The position numbers and the translations under genes were made by a program. Source: Microcoleaceae cyanobacterium (GTDB lineage Bacteria > Cyanobacteriota > Cyanobacteriia > Cyanobacteriales > Microcoleaceae). Taken from it: a stretch of 26,546 nucleotides of DNA. Positions 9,559 to 20,347 of this stretch are shown here, piece by piece. The stretch lies in contig JBOFUV010000011.1 of NCBI GenBank assembly GCA_051652765.1, positions 1 through 26,546 on the forward strand, in the 5' to 3' direction. Position 1 is the first letter of the stretch. Each line of letters opens with the position of its first letter. The notes beneath the pieces were generated by a model. It worked only from the letters and a program-made list of their open reading frames with translations. It did not search any database and was not told the origin of the DNA.

Positions 9559-9840
9559 CTAAACAACAATCGGATTCATGGTTTTTCCAATTAAATTCAT
9601 CACCTCCAAATAGTTTCTAAAAAATCGATAGGACGTTAGGGTTGAATCAACCAGTGTTGGTAAAGATGGAGTTAGCATTAAAGTTGTCAGAAAGGTATAA
9701 ACCACTGACCCAAACAACACCAACCCCATGATTCCGAAAACCGGAATCAGTACCATATCACTGGACTTCAGGCACAAAAATGGAAACCAATCCATTCCGC
9801 CCGGAAGCGCAATCAGCGACAGGGGTATTTTGGGTGTCAT
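9559..9840 (-). CDS. Possible small membrane protein
   Basis: 93 aa ATG-started ORF with one clear hydrophobic helix in an otherwise AT-rich, stop-rich region. No recognisable family. Confidence 0.4.
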   Translation of the reverse strand: MTPKIPLSLIALPGGMDWFPFLCLKSSDMVLIPVFGIMGLVLFGSVVYTFLTTLMLTPSLPTLVDSTLTSYRFFRNYLEVMNLIGKTMNPIVV

Positions 9841-10449
9841 GGCAAACCAAATAGGTTCAAAGATAGGTAAATTAAGTCAGGCTTTTACCAACCAAGAAAA
9901 TTGAACTGACAATCTATCTAATGTTGAGTTAGAAAATTGACGCTTCAGCCTTTTCTCGCTGCCTACGGAACTAGACTCCGGACTGACAAGCAGAACTTTT
10001 AACATGCACTCAAAGTAAACCCTCTGAAGCAACTTTCTGCAAACCTTGCCCTAGCAGTCTAAGCTTTCCGTTCTAGCAATACTCTTTCCTTCATTCACTT
10101 AAAAAGTGTTTCCGGAAAATCTCGTAATTCTGCTAGATTTGGCTGTCTTTTTTCCTGCTTTTCTTTCCTTAATTCTAATATTTAGAAATATGAATCGTCA
10201 ACACTTTTTCCAAGGATTTTTCCAGAACTTAAAGTGTCTAGATCAAGGGCCATTTTTGCGCCAGACACTTCCGGTTGATGGCTCCCTCTGACCAGGCTCC
10301 GATCGCAGTTGAAGCAGAATTTTACAGGGCTTTCAAGCTCTCAGGTTTGAGAACTCAGATTGATTGAGCCTTGACACTCCTCTGCGCTAACAAAATGACC
10401 GGGACAGTTTTTCATCCGGCTTCTTCTCTTAAAGTACGACTTTACTTTC

Positions 10450-10458
10450 TGGTACAAT
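10450..10458 (+). promoter_or_regulatory. Putative extended -10 promoter (TGGTACAAT) of chlD
   Basis: TGn-TACAAT about 55 bp upstream of the chlD start. Confidence 0.45.
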
Positions 10459-10513
10459 TAAATTCCGTGTCTATTGCTTAGCATGTATAACTTAAGGTTT
10501 ACTGCATAAAACT

Positions 10514-12475
10514 ATGATTGCTTCCCCGATTGCCGCTTCAGCAACCTTTCCCCTGACCGCCGTGATCGGTCAGGAAGCAATCAAATTGGCGTTACTACTT
10601 GCGGCTGTTGATCCAGAATTGGGCGGGGTTGTCATTGCGGGTCGGCGAGGAACTGCAAAGTCAGTGATGGCTAGGGCTTTGCACTCTTTGTTACCTCCGA
10701 TTGAAGTGATCAAGGGTTCCATTGCCAACTTAAACCCAGAGGAGAACCCTGCAAATCTGCCAACGGAAGTTGTTCTAGCTCCTTTTGTTCAGATTCCCTT
10801 GGGAGTGACAGAGGATCGGCTCCTGGGTTCCGTCGATGTGGAGCAGTCCATCAAGCAAGGAGTAACGGTTTTCCAGCCCGGTCTATTGGCCACTGCCCAT
10901 CGAGGAATGTTGTATATTGATGAAATTAACCTGCTGGATGACAACATCACTAATCTATTGCTAACCGTTCTGACGGAAGGCCGCAATCAAATTGAACGGG
11001 AAGGGATGAGTATTTCTCACCCTTGTTGCCCCTTATTTATTGCGACTTACAACCCAGAAGAAGGGCCATTGCGAAGTCATTTACTGGATCGGGTGGCGAT
11101 CGCCCTATCTGCCGATGGAATTTTGAGTCTAGATCAGCGGGTGGCCGTCGTTGATCAAGTGTTAACCTATGCTCAATCTCCCGCAGCCTTTTTGCAACAC
11201 TACACCGAAGAAATTGACAATTTAAAGACGCAAATTTTGCTGGCGCGGGAATGGTTAAAGGATGTAACGATTCAGCCCGAACAAATTCTCTATCTGGTTG
11301 AAGAGGCCATTCGAGGTCGAGTGCAAGGACATCGGGCCGAGCTATTTGCAGTGCGAGTGGCAAAAGCCTCTGCCGCCCTAGAAGGTCGCACCGAAGTCAA
11401 TGCTGATGATCTGCGGCGAGCAGTGGAATTGGTAATTGTGCCTCGGGCTGTTTTTGTCGAACCCCCCGAAGATCAGCAACCGCCCCCACCGCCCCCTCCC
11501 CAAGAGCAATCCGAACAGGAACCCGAGGAGCCAGAAGACGAGGAGACTCCAGAACCCCCAGAGGAAGAGCAAACCAGTATTCCTGAGGAGTTCATTTTTG
11601 ATCCAGAGGGCGTGATTCTAGATGAAAGCGTCCTCTACTTTGCCCAGATGGCCAACCGTCAGGGCAAGTCTGGCAGTCGTACCCTGATTTTTTCGGAAGA
11701 CCGAGGTCGCTACGTCAAGCCCATGTTGCCCAAGGGTAAGGTAAAACGGATTGCCGTTGATGCCACCCTGAGAGCTGCTGCTCCCTACCAAAAGGCAAGA
11801 CGGCTGCGTCATCCAGAACGGCGAGTGATTGTCGAACAGGGGGATATTCGTTCCAAGCGACTGGCTCGCAAATCAGGCGCGTTAGTCGTCTTTGTGGTGG
11901 ATGCGTCGGGGTCAATGGCACTGAATCGAATGCAATCGGCCAAAGGTGCTGTCCTCCAGTTGCTGACCGAAGCCTACCAAAGTCGAGATCAGGTTGCCTT
12001 GATTCCCTTCCGAGGGGAACAGGCTGAGGTGTTGTTGCCGCCCACCCGTTCTATTACTGCTGCCCGACGACGGTTGGAACGAATGCCTTGCGGCGGCGGA
12101 TCTCCCCTAGCCCATGGCTTGACCCAAGCTGTTCGGGTGGGGGTTAATGCCCGTCAATCGGGTGATATTGGGCAAGTGGTTGTCGTCGCGATTACCGATG
12201 GACGCGGCAATATTCCCTTAGCGCGATCGCTGGGAGAACCCATTCTAGAGGGAGAAAAGCCTGACATTAAAGGGGAACTGTTGGAAATTGCGGCCAAAAT
12301 TCGCGGCCTGGGAATTAAGTTGTTGATGATTGATACGGAAAGCAAGTTCATTTCCACAGGGTTTGCCAAAGAATTGGCCCAGACTGCGGGAGGACGCTAT
12401 TATCACTTGCCCAAAGCCACGGATCAGGCGATCGCCGCCATGACTCAAAATGCCTTAAAGGAAGCTATGGGATGA
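10514..12475 (+). CDS. chlD: Magnesium chelatase subunit D
   Basis: AAA+ module ([17 protein letters not shown]), Pro/acidic linker (PPPPPPP...EEE) and VWA MIDAS motif DASGS. Confidence 0.97.
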   Translation: MIASPIAASATFPLTAVIGQEAIKLALLLAAVDPELGGVVIAGRRGTAKSVMARALHSLLPPIEVIKGSIANLNPEENPANLPTEVVLAPFVQIPLGVTEDRLLGSVDVEQSIKQGVTVFQPGLLATAHRGMLYIDEINLLDDNITNLLLTVLTEGRNQIEREGMSISHPCCPLFIATYNPEEGPLRSHLLDRVAIALSADGILSLDQRVAVVDQVLTYAQSPAAFLQHYTEEIDNLKTQILLAREWLKDVTIQPEQILYLVEEAIRGRVQGHRAELFAVRVAKASAALEGRTEVNADDLRRAVELVIVPRAVFVEPPEDQQPPPPPPPQEQSEQEPEEPEDEETPEPPEEEQTSIPEEFIFDPEGVILDESVLYFAQMANRQGKSGSRTLIFSEDRGRYVKPMLPKGKVKRIAVDATLRAAAPYQKARRLRHPERRVIVEQGDIRSKRLARKSGALVVFVVDASGSMALNRMQSAKGAVLQLLTEAYQSRDQVALIPFRGEQAEVLLPPTRSITAARRRLERMPCGGGSPLAHGLTQAVRVGVNARQSGDIGQVVVVAITDGRGNIPLARSLGEPILEGEKPDIKGELLEIAAKIRGLGIKLLMIDTESKFISTGFAKELAQTAGGRYYHLPKATDQAIAAMTQNALKEAMG

Positions 12476-12899
12476 AAGGAGCAGGGGTTTGGTCTAGGCC
12501 CGTTTGTCGGTTGGGTCGGGCAACTTGTGATTCTGTAGAGCAGTTCGAGGTGAAACTCAACCCGTTGTGGGAGCATTGTTTGAAGGTGTTAGGTCTCTCC
12601 AGATCGGTACTAACCTGTACCTTGCTACGAGCTTTCATCAATCATTGGGGATTACTACCCTTGAGGGTGCTTCAGCGAGAGGATGTTTACAAGTGGTGCT
12701 TACAAAGAAGTGTTTACAAGCTGTTTATAAAGAAATGTTTACAAAGTTATTGCGAAAATCCTACGTTTTAAACTTTTCTCTTGACTCTGTTCCACCAAAG
12801 TTCGATGATAAGTCCAATTTGTAAAAGTTTAAGTCCATTCTTAAACCCTTAAGATCAATTTTAATTGAATCAACCCCTTAAAGAATTAGGATCAGGCAC

Positions 12900-13934
12900 A
12901 TGGTAATGTCTCAAATTTCTGAAAAAATCGCTGCTTCATCGTCACCTCCTAGTGACTCCCAAACGAGGGTGAGTCAGTTCATGCAGCAGATTCAGGATGA
13001 GATTTGCACGGCCTTGGAACAGCTTGACGGGGGGAGCCTATTTCAGGAAGATTCCTGGGAACGCCCGGAAGGGGGCGGAGGTCGCTCTCGGGTACTACGG
13101 GATGGAGAGGTGTTTGAACAGGGAGGCGTGAACTTTTCAGAGGTTTGGGGTAAAGAACTCCCACCCAGTATTTTGGCCCATCGTCCAGAAGCAGAAGGAC
13201 ATGGATTCTACGCCACAGGCACCTCTATGGTGCTACATCCCCGTAGTCCCTACATTCCTACGGTTCACTTGAACTACCGCTACTTTGAAGCAGGGCCTGT
13301 GTGGTGGTTTGGCGGTGGAGCTGACCTAACGCCTTATTATCCGTTTGCGGAAGATGCGGTGCACTTTCATCAAACTTTGCAGGGGGCTTGTGATCGCCAT
13401 CATTCGGCATACTATCCTGTGTTCAAAAATTGGTGTGATGAATATTTTTATCTGAAGCACCGTCAAGAGTCTCGAGGGATTGGTGGGATCTTCTTTGACT
13501 ATCAAGACGGTCAAGGAGAACTCTATCGAGGCTCGAACCCTAACGGTGCTGCAGGGCAGTACAACCAGCAGGTTGGGACTTTGGAAGCCAGACATTGGGA
13601 AGATTTATTTGGCTTTGTTCAGGGGTGTGGACAGGCATTTTTGCCTGCTTATGAGCCAATTGTAGAGCGACGACGAGGGATAGCCTATGGCGATCGCGAG
13701 CGAAATTTCCAGCTCTACCGTCGGGGCCGCTATGTTGAATTTAATCTCGTCTATGATCGCGGGACTATTTTTGGATTACAAACGAATGGCCGCACTGAAT
13801 CAATCCTCATGTCTTTACCCCCTTTGGTAAGATGGGAGTATGGGTATCAGCCCGAGCTTGGAACGCCAGAGGCAGAACTTTATGAAGTCTTTCTCAAGCC
13901 TCAGGATTGGGCCAATTGGGCTATTTCCTCCTAA
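12900..13934 (+). CDS. hemF: Oxygen-dependent coproporphyrinogen III oxidase
   Basis: [29 protein letters not shown] and [16 protein letters not shown] motifs. Confidence 0.98.
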   Translation: MVMSQISEKIAASSSPPSDSQTRVSQFMQQIQDEICTALEQLDGGSLFQEDSWERPEGGGGRSRVLRDGEVFEQGGVNFSEVWGKELPPSILAHRPEAEGHGFYATGTSMVLHPRSPYIPTVHLNYRYFEAGPVWWFGGGADLTPYYPFAEDAVHFHQTLQGACDRHHSAYYPVFKNWCDEYFYLKHRQESRGIGGIFFDYQDGQGELYRGSNPNGAAGQYNQQVGTLEARHWEDLFGFVQGCGQAFLPAYEPIVERRRGIAYGDRERNFQLYRRGRYVEFNLVYDRGTIFGLQTNGRTESILMSLPPLVRWEYGYQPELGTPEAELYEVFLKPQDWANWAISS

Positions 13935-14004
13935 TGTATATCCGCTAAACTATTGATGAGGTAAAGTAGCTAGAAATAGATCAACAATTCTGAGGAAAAG
14001 GTCA

Positions 14005-14367
14005 GTGATTCATATCGATCAAAAGGAACACACAACCAAAGATGGCACAAAGGTTATTGTTTTAATTCCTTCGGGTCGTTTGGACATCACAACGGCATGG
14101 CAGTTTCGGCTGAAGTTGCAAGAATGTATTTCTAAGCTCAGTCGCCATGTAGTTGTCAACCTGGGCCAAGTCAATTTTATTGATAGCTCCGGCCTAACTT
14201 CCTTGGTTGCGGGAATGCGAGATGCCGATAAAGTCAAGGGCAGTTTTAGAATTTGTAATGTTCATCCAGAAGCCAAGTTAGTGTTTGAAGTGACCATGAT
14301 GGACTCTGTCTTTGAAATCTTTGACACAGAGCAAGAAGCACTTGATGGAGGAGTTCGAGCAAATTAG
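14005..14367 (+). CDS. STAS domain anti-sigma factor antagonist (SpoIIAA/RsbV-like)
   Basis: 120 aa, GTG start with GAGG upstream. GRLD and FIDSSGL (phospho-Ser) motifs. Confidence 0.93.
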   Translation: MIHIDQKEHTTKDGTKVIVLIPSGRLDITTAWQFRLKLQECISKLSRHVVVNLGQVNFIDSSGLTSLVAGMRDADKVKGSFRICNVHPEAKLVFEVTMMDSVFEIFDTEQEALDGGVRAN

Positions 14368-14648
14368 GGGTATGTTTTGTCATGGCCAGAACTGTTCTGA
14401 AACTGTACAGTAGGGCTTGTTAAAACAGAACTTTTATAGATATTGTTTAGGATTAAAATTCTCCAAGGTCATGACGTTGTTAGTAATCTCAAATCTCTGG
14501 GGATTTCCAGTATACTCAATGGCCAATTTATCGGCTTGTGTATCAGCTTTTTTTGGGTAAGAAGGGTCTAGGAACAGTTGATCTGTTACATTTTAAACTA
14601 ACTTATTCAAGCCAACTTGTTCAAACTGACTTTGGATCAGAACATTGA

Positions 14649-16718
14649 TTAGTCCCAAGGTAAGGTCTCATTTAAAAATATTTCTAATTTCTGGTTGTGA
14701 GGTCTAAAGAAATCAGATAGGGTTTGCTGCAGAGTTTCGGATAAAGGCTGATAGGAACCAGTTGTGTACTTAGAATAGTTTGATAACGAATAAGCAGGTA
14801 AATTCAAGAACTCAAACACACCATTCATCGTTTGCTCAGGTTCCGTGTACAAGGCTTTACTTTGAAGGATTAAAAACTGCTCTCTTGGCAAAATTGACAT
14901 CCATTTTTCTAGAAAATAAACATACATTCCTCGGAGTAAATACCCATATTGAGTACCCCAAAATTTTTCTCCAGCTAAAGTAACATCTGTGATTGTCTGA
15001 AGAATTTTTATTTCATCTTCAATGGCTTTTTCCAAAGAACGAGGTTCAGGATTAATCCATCGTTTGTGGTCTTGATATTGAGAAAAAGCTCTGTCAATTG
15101 GATTTCTCAGGAGCACAATTAATTTAATTTCCGGAAAGAAATTTTTGAGCTGTTGAGCAACTTTTAAATCAAGCATATAGCTCGGGCTTGCTTCTCCTGT
15201 GATCAAAGGCTGAGAAGGAAGAATGGGGGGGAAATGAGCTAGATACCAGTCCAATCCGTGATTTGTCTGCCAAACAAAAAAGTCGATTTCTTTTTGTAAA
15301 GGAGGTAAAACTTGAGGATGCTGACACAAGTATTCATATAGAGATGTTGTTCCAGATTTCTGGGCTCCAATAATAATAAAGTTAGGTTTTATGAAGTTAG
15401 GTTCTATAACGTTGGACGTTATCAGGTTGGATGTTGTAAAGTTGGATGTTGTAAAGTTGGACTTTTCAGAAATAGAAGCGTCCCAATATTGTCGAACAAA
15501 TTCAGGATGAGATTGGCTAAGTTTCTGAAAATTTCCCTGTTGATAAATGTTAATTGCTTCCTGCAATTTCCCTGCTGCTGTCAATAAATCTCCCAAGTTT
15601 ACATAGCTCTCAATACACCCCGGATCATCCTGAATGATTTTTTGATAAAAGGCAATTAAGGTTGCAATTTGATCGGGTTGAAACTGAACCAATTTATAGG
15701 TTTTGAGGTGTCTAAGTTTTAGATAAGCAATTGAATCAGTGGGATACAGTTGGATTGCTTTCAAATAATGATTCACTGCATCATTATTCGAGCCTTGAAT
15801 CAGGCAAACATCACCGAGTCTCAAGTGAGTTTCTGGTACATCAGAATTAATTTCTAGGGCTTGATTGTAGTATTTAATGGCTTCAGTAATTTGTCCTTGT
15901 TGAAATAAACAGTAGCCCAAATTAGAATGTGATCTGGAAAAATCTGGGTTAATTTCAATTGCATTTTGGTAAGCATTAATCGCCTCTTGCCACTGCTGCT
16001 TTTTTTGTAAAGCACAGCCCAATCCATAGTAAGCCCAGGAATAATCTGCTTGAACTTCAAGGGTTTGTTGATAAGCTTTAATAGCCGCATCCCAGTCCTG
16101 ACGTTGCAGCCAGTAATCCCCGTTTAATTGGTTAGAAGACACTAACGCTTTGAGCCGTATTTGAGCTTCTGAATGATCGGGATTTAGGGCGATCGCTTGA
16201 CGATAAACGGCAATCGCCTCCTCCCGTTCTCCCAATTTTAATAAGGCTTCTCCCAGATGAAAATGTGACCAATAAAAGTTGGGATTTAACTGAATATCTT
16301 GACGGTAGATAGCAATAGCTTCTGAATATCTGGACTGTTCTAGTAATGCCAGCCCTAAATGGGTATAAGACCAAGAAAAATCGGGATTTAATGCAATCGC
16401 TATTTGATAAGCTTGAATGGCTTGATTCCACTGTGTTAATCCTGCTAATGCTCGACCCCAGCCAACGTAATAAATAAAGACATTGGGATTTAGTTGAATC
16501 GATTGTTGATAGGCTAATCTAGCATTTTGAAATTGCTTTTCTGCTAAAAATGCTTCCCCTAATTTGAAGTGGGCATGGGCTAACTGGGGGTTTATTGCCA
16601 ATACCTGAGTCAGCAGAGTAATTGCATCTTGATACTTTCCCTGAGTTAGACAATCATCTGCCTGTTGTTGTAGGGCATCAATTAGGGCATCAATTCTGGA
16701 TTCAGGTATTTCTATCAT
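14649..16718 (-). CDS. TPR repeat protein fused to a sulfotransferase domain
   Basis: Multiple TPRs, followed by PAPS-binding motifs IIGAQKSGTTSL and LRNPIDRAFS, and KEIDFF. Confidence 0.93.
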   Translation of the reverse strand: MIEIPESRIDALIDALQQQADDCLTQGKYQDAITLLTQVLAINPQLAHAHFKLGEAFLAEKQFQNARLAYQQSIQLNPNVFIYYVGWGRALAGLTQWNQAIQAYQIAIALNPDFSWSYTHLGLALLEQSRYSEAIAIYRQDIQLNPNFYWSHFHLGEALLKLGEREEAIAVYRQAIALNPDHSEAQIRLKALVSSNQLNGDYWLQRQDWDAAIKAYQQTLEVQADYSWAYYGLGCALQKKQQWQEAINAYQNAIEINPDFSRSHSNLGYCLFQQGQITEAIKYYNQALEINSDVPETHLRLGDVCLIQGSNNDAVNHYLKAIQLYPTDSIAYLKLRHLKTYKLVQFQPDQIATLIAFYQKIIQDDPGCIESYVNLGDLLTAAGKLQEAINIYQQGNFQKLSQSHPEFVRQYWDASISEKSNFTTSNFTTSNLITSNVIEPNFIKPNFIIIGAQKSGTTSLYEYLCQHPQVLPPLQKEIDFFVWQTNHGLDWYLAHFPPILPSQPLITGEASPSYMLDLKVAQQLKNFFPEIKLIVLLRNPIDRAFSQYQDHKRWINPEPRSLEKAIEDEIKILQTITDVTLAGEKFWGTQYGYLLRGMYVYFLEKWMSILPREQFLILQSKALYTEPEQTMNGVFEFLNLPAYSLSNYSKYTTGSYQPLSETLQQTLSDFFRPHNQKLEIFLNETLPWD

Positions 16719-16938
16719 GGTTCAAGTTTCAACCGTTTTTTATTCTAAAATAATCTTGCTTACTGAGTATACCTACAGCAGTTTTCAAATCGGTTTTCAA
16801 ATCAGTTCTGAAGTCAGTGAGGAACAGCTCTGCCACTCAAGCCTCCCTTTTTCTAGATGTGCAGCGGCTTCTCATTAGAGTAGGGAGATTTGGGGAAATT
16901 CTCTGGATCAAATCCAAACAAAAACAGCTACAGTTAAT

Positions 16939-18285
16939 TTAAGAAGGTTTATTCCGAATGCTTTTAAATCGTTCTTTAGCTGACTCAAAAGACTCTTTCA
17001 TCACTGCTTGAATTCTCTGCGGATCGGGTTTTTTGCCCCCCATTAAATCTCCGAAATAGACACAGGCCCCTTCCCCTAATGCCCCAGTATAGGCCGCAGC
17101 CCAAGACGCGGCAATCACACTTCCAAATCCAGGGATAAACTTAACCAACTCCCGACCAATCGCTTGGGCCAGAAATCCTCCAGCGATCGCACTGACTAAT
17201 CCTCCTGCCTGGGATGGGGTCAAAGTCTGGCCGTACAGATTCCCCAGCAATCCCACCATTGAAACTTGTAGGGCGGTCAGTACCGGCATAGTTGCAAAGG
17301 GCAGGGGCACAGCGGCTAGAGTTGCGGCAATCAGAGAAAAGGCCAAAATATAGCGCCGCCCCACATCTCGATACAGGTTACCTAGGGTTTCTCCAGCAGT
17401 TTGGTCGAGTAACGCATAAATCGTTCGGGCTTCAGCCTCCGGCAGCAAGTTGCCCAGGGAATCTCGAAAGGTTTCCAGGCCATAAAACACTGGAGTATAG
17501 CCATCTTCTTCCAGGGTAAAGTCCACTATCACAGCGCTGTCATAGAATCCTTTGAAGGTCGCTTGAATTGAGGCAAAGGCGCGGTTAATGTCCTCAAAGT
17601 TGGGTGGGTAGGGCGGATGATCGGTGGCCTCGGCGGGATAGAGTTCATGCAGACAAGTAACCGCTAATAAACAGGGGACTGTTGGATATTGCCGCCGCAG
17701 ATCTTGGGCAACCTGACGCAGAGTGTCGGTGGCAAAATCGTTAATCTTGATCGTGAGAATCAAAATCCTAGCGCGATCGCTGTCTTGCTGAAGTTCGCCG
17801 AGAAGCTCATCAATAATCGTCTGGGTGTTCCGGTTGATATCCCCTAGCCCTACCGTATCCGTGAAGATTAACAGGGGCAGATCCTCGGAGGGATAGGCGT
17901 AGCGTCCCGTATTCTGAGTGTGGGGCCGGAACCCTTGACCAATAATCTCTGCGGATACCCCCGTTAAACCCCGCACAATTGAGCTTTTTCCGGCTTGGGG
18001 CTTGCCAATTAAGAGGGCCTCTGTGGTAGGAAGTTCTGCCCGAACCGTAGCCAGAATCTGAGCAATTTGATGCTCATCGACGCTGAACCACTGGATTACT
18101 TTCTGAGCGATTTGATCCGTTGGCAGAATCTTCTCAAACAATGCCTTGGCATCACTCCAGTTACCCAAAAGTGCAGCCCGCTGAAATTTGGCAATCGACT
18201 CAGGGCTAACAGGTTCAGCCGGTTGATTTTCCTGAGAGAGTTCAAGGGAAGTTTGATCTGGATCAGGTTGCTCACGTTTTTCCAT
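16939..18285 (-). CDS. YcjF/DUF697-type GTPase with C-terminal membrane domain
   Basis: G1 GKPQAGKS and G3 DTVG. C-terminal hydrophobic region AVPLPFA...LYG...KFIPGFGS. Confidence 0.88.
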   Translation of the reverse strand: MEKREQPDPDQTSLELSQENQPAEPVSPESIAKFQRAALLGNWSDAKALFEKILPTDQIAQKVIQWFSVDEHQIAQILATVRAELPTTEALLIGKPQAGKSSIVRGLTGVSAEIIGQGFRPHTQNTGRYAYPSEDLPLLIFTDTVGLGDINRNTQTIIDELLGELQQDSDRARILILTIKINDFATDTLRQVAQDLRRQYPTVPCLLAVTCLHELYPAEATDHPPYPPNFEDINRAFASIQATFKGFYDSAVIVDFTLEEDGYTPVFYGLETFRDSLGNLLPEAEARTIYALLDQTAGETLGNLYRDVGRRYILAFSLIAATLAAVPLPFATMPVLTALQVSMVGLLGNLYGQTLTPSQAGGLVSAIAGGFLAQAIGRELVKFIPGFGSVIAASWAAAYTGALGEGACVYFGDLMGGKKPDPQRIQAVMKESFESAKERFKSIRNKPS

Positions 18286-18296
18286 AGGAACCCCCC

Positions 18297-18965
18297 TTAA
18301 AGCTTTTGTTCTGGAGACAATAGTCGCAGCGAGTTGAAAAAGTCCTCAGTGACTTGACGAGTCTGTTCTTCGGTTCCCAGTTGATCAACCGCCAAGATGT
18401 AGATTCGTCGATTCACTAAATACAGCCTGCATTCTAGCCGCTGACTTGCTCCCGCAAAGCTTAACGCCAAGCCGGGATTGTTTTCAAGGGTAATGGGGCG
18501 ATCGCTCACCTGCTCTAAACCCACATTAGCCTGAAAAGCATCCCGCACTTGATCAAGTAATACTTGAGGGTCACGGATTTGTTCTGGTGTTAAAGGCCGA
18601 GAGTAGGCAATCCCTAGGCGAAACAAAGGCTGATCCGGGTCAATCGTTGCAAGGATTTGAAGCTCAATTGTTCCTAAGGGAATCTCAAAAGCGGCATTCT
18701 CCCGCTTTTGCCATTGGAGTTGAACCGTTGAAATAGCCACATCCTCAGAAAGCTGAAGGAGTTGCTCGCCGTTCAAGTCATCATCGATTGTGAGCACAGG
18801 TTGAGGATCGGAGGATTGACGATTGAGGCGATCTACTTCCTGCTCAAATTGCCGTTCTCCTTCCTCAAAAAAGGTGGGCCGATCAGGCCGAAACTGAGCA
18901 ACAACCGTTCCCAGGATATTGAAGCACCCCCAAAACCCAATCGCAGTCAGGGCAACTTGGTTCAT
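18297..18965 (-). CDS. Secreted hypothetical protein (possible PsbP/DcrB-like fold)
   Basis: Signal peptide ending VVA-Q and C-terminal RLYLVNRRIYIL...FFNSLRLL pattern. Tightly spaced with its neighbours. Confidence 0.75.
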   Translation of the reverse strand: MNQVALTAIGFWGCFNILGTVVAQFRPDRPTFFEEGERQFEQEVDRLNRQSSDPQPVLTIDDDLNGEQLLQLSEDVAISTVQLQWQKRENAAFEIPLGTIELQILATIDPDQPLFRLGIAYSRPLTPEQIRDPQVLLDQVRDAFQANVGLEQVSDRPITLENNPGLALSFAGASQRLECRLYLVNRRIYILAVDQLGTEEQTRQVTEDFFNSLRLLSPEQKL

Positions 18966-18980
18966 TAACTTCTTTCCCAG

Positions 18981-19280
18981 TTACATATCCTTCTGAAATT
19001 CTTCTAAGCAGTTCATCAGATCACCAAAGCTAGCCGCAGGAACAAGGTCACTCAGAGGAACAGTGAGTTTTCCGCCCCCAAGCTTGACACCTATTCCCTG
19101 AAGTACCTTCTGAATTTGGCTTTCTTCCGGGCTACCCGCCTCAAGCAAAGGATAAACCTGTTCAGCGACTGACATCTGCAAGTTCGCATCGGAGAGATAA
19201 AGCCGCCATTTTGAAACGTCTATGTAAGTATGTTTGCCAATTTCATCTGCAAGCTTTTCAATTTCAGGTGTAATGCTCAT
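18981..19280 (-). CDS. DUF3181 family protein
   Basis: IEKLADEIG...YIDVSKWRLYL...LGGGK...PLSDL, a typical cyanobacterial small protein. Confidence 0.85.
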   Translation of the reverse strand: MSITPEIEKLADEIGKHTYIDVSKWRLYLSDANLQMSVAEQVYPLLEAGSPEESQIQKVLQGIGVKLGGGKLTVPLSDLVPAASFGDLMNCLEEFQKDM

Positions 19281-19308
19281 AAAAAACCTAAATAAGAGTT
19301 CTCAAGAT

Positions 19309-19373
19309 TAACTTTCAAAAGTAACTTTCAAAAGTAACTTTCAAAAGTAACTTTCAAAAGTAACTTTCAAGAT
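19309..19373. repeat. Tandem repeat, 5 x 13 bp TAACTTTCAAAAG
   Basis: Four perfect copies and one variant, read directly. They fill most of the 2TM-DUF3181 spacer. Confidence 0.95.
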
Positions 19374-19379
19374 TAACGG

Positions 19380-19646
19380 TCAAGATTGATTCTGCTGATT
19401 TGGGGCCACAGGAGCATAATTTGCGATCGCAAAAATGTAGATTCCATGGGCCAAAAGAACCCCTGCCCAAATTCCCGTAACCCAAACAGCCCACGGCCAA
19501 GAGGCCCGATTAACTTGCTGAAAAAACCAGATCCCTGAGTTACAGGCAGCAAACAGAGCAACATGAACTGCAAAAGTCATGCGGTCATCTAGCTTGCGAT
19601 AGGCATGATCTTTTCGATCAGGCTGACGAGGCCAACGTGGGGGCAT
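19380..19646 (-). CDS. 2TM domain-containing protein
   Basis: MPPRWPRQPDR...DDRMTFAVHVA with two hydrophobic helices. GGAG SD upstream. Confidence 0.88.
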   Translation of the reverse strand: MPPRWPRQPDRKDHAYRKLDDRMTFAVHVALFAACNSGIWFFQQVNRASWPWAVWVTGIWAGVLLAHGIYIFAIANYAPVAPNQQNQS

Positions 19647-19725
19647 ATGCTTTTACTCCTGAGCCACTCCGCTTTTATTCTAAAGGGTGTTGAAACTTTC
19701 AGTGCCTAATTTTTATTTCTCTAAA

Positions 19726-20247
19726 TTATTTCTCTAGGGACTCAAAGGGTTCCCCGTGATAATCTCCTGATTTTCCCCCTGTTTTTTGCAGGAGACGAAT
19801 GGATTCGATCTGAATTGACTTTTCCAAGGCTTTGGCCATGTCATACAAGGTTAACGCGGCTACGGAAACGGCGGTCAGGGCTTCCATTTCCACGCCCGTC
19901 TCCGCTTTGGTGACGACCTCAGCCTGAATTTGATATCCCGGCAACTGCGGATCGGGGGTGAGTTGCACGTTCACTTTGCTCAAAGGTAAGGGATGACACA
20001 GAGGAATTAAGTGGGCGGTTTGCTTGGCAGCCATGATGCCAGCCAGTTTGGCTGTTCCTAATACATCTCCCTTGGGGGCATTTCCCGCCTCAATGGCCAC
20101 AAAGGTTGCCATTGACATCCGAACTTGACCGACGGCGATCGCCTGTCGTCGAGTACTGGCCTTTTCGGAGACATCCACCATTTGAGCCTCTCCTTGAGCA
20201 TTCAGATGGGTTAAAGATGGAGGATCGGTTGCCGAAAAATTTGTCAT
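19726..20247 (-). CDS. moaC: Cyclic pyranopterin monophosphate synthase MoaC
   Basis: LTHL...[31 protein letters not shown] and KTGGKSG motifs. Confidence 0.97.
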   Translation of the reverse strand: MTNFSATDPPSLTHLNAQGEAQMVDVSEKASTRRQAIAVGQVRMSMATFVAIEAGNAPKGDVLGTAKLAGIMAAKQTAHLIPLCHPLPLSKVNVQLTPDPQLPGYQIQAEVVTKAETGVEMEALTAVSVAALTLYDMAKALEKSIQIESIRLLQKTGGKSGDYHGEPFESLEK

Positions 20248-20347
20248 TCAGTTGAAATATGCTATAGTGGTAACTTAGGCAATAAAAAGCTTGACTCTAA
20301 ACTTCAGCAACTTAACGTTTGAGTTGGATAGGTTTGTAGAGATTCAA

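Noticed and set aside
9841..9885. c-di-GMP-I riboswitch-like GGCAAACC
   Set aside because: It lacks the GNRA-capped P2, GACGCAAA and P3 elements.
10010..10035. glnA riboswitch-like AAGTA...TGAAGCAAC
   Set aside because: No 5' CGTTG strand to form P1 and no P2/P3 stems.
12607..12620. NtcA-like GTA-N8-TAC
   Set aside because: No TAN3T at about 22 nt on either strand, and such matches are expected by chance.
12472..12824. 99-aa and 85-aa ORFs between chlD and hemF
   Set aside because: Non-protein-like sequence spanning the TGTTTACAA repeats, probably spurious.
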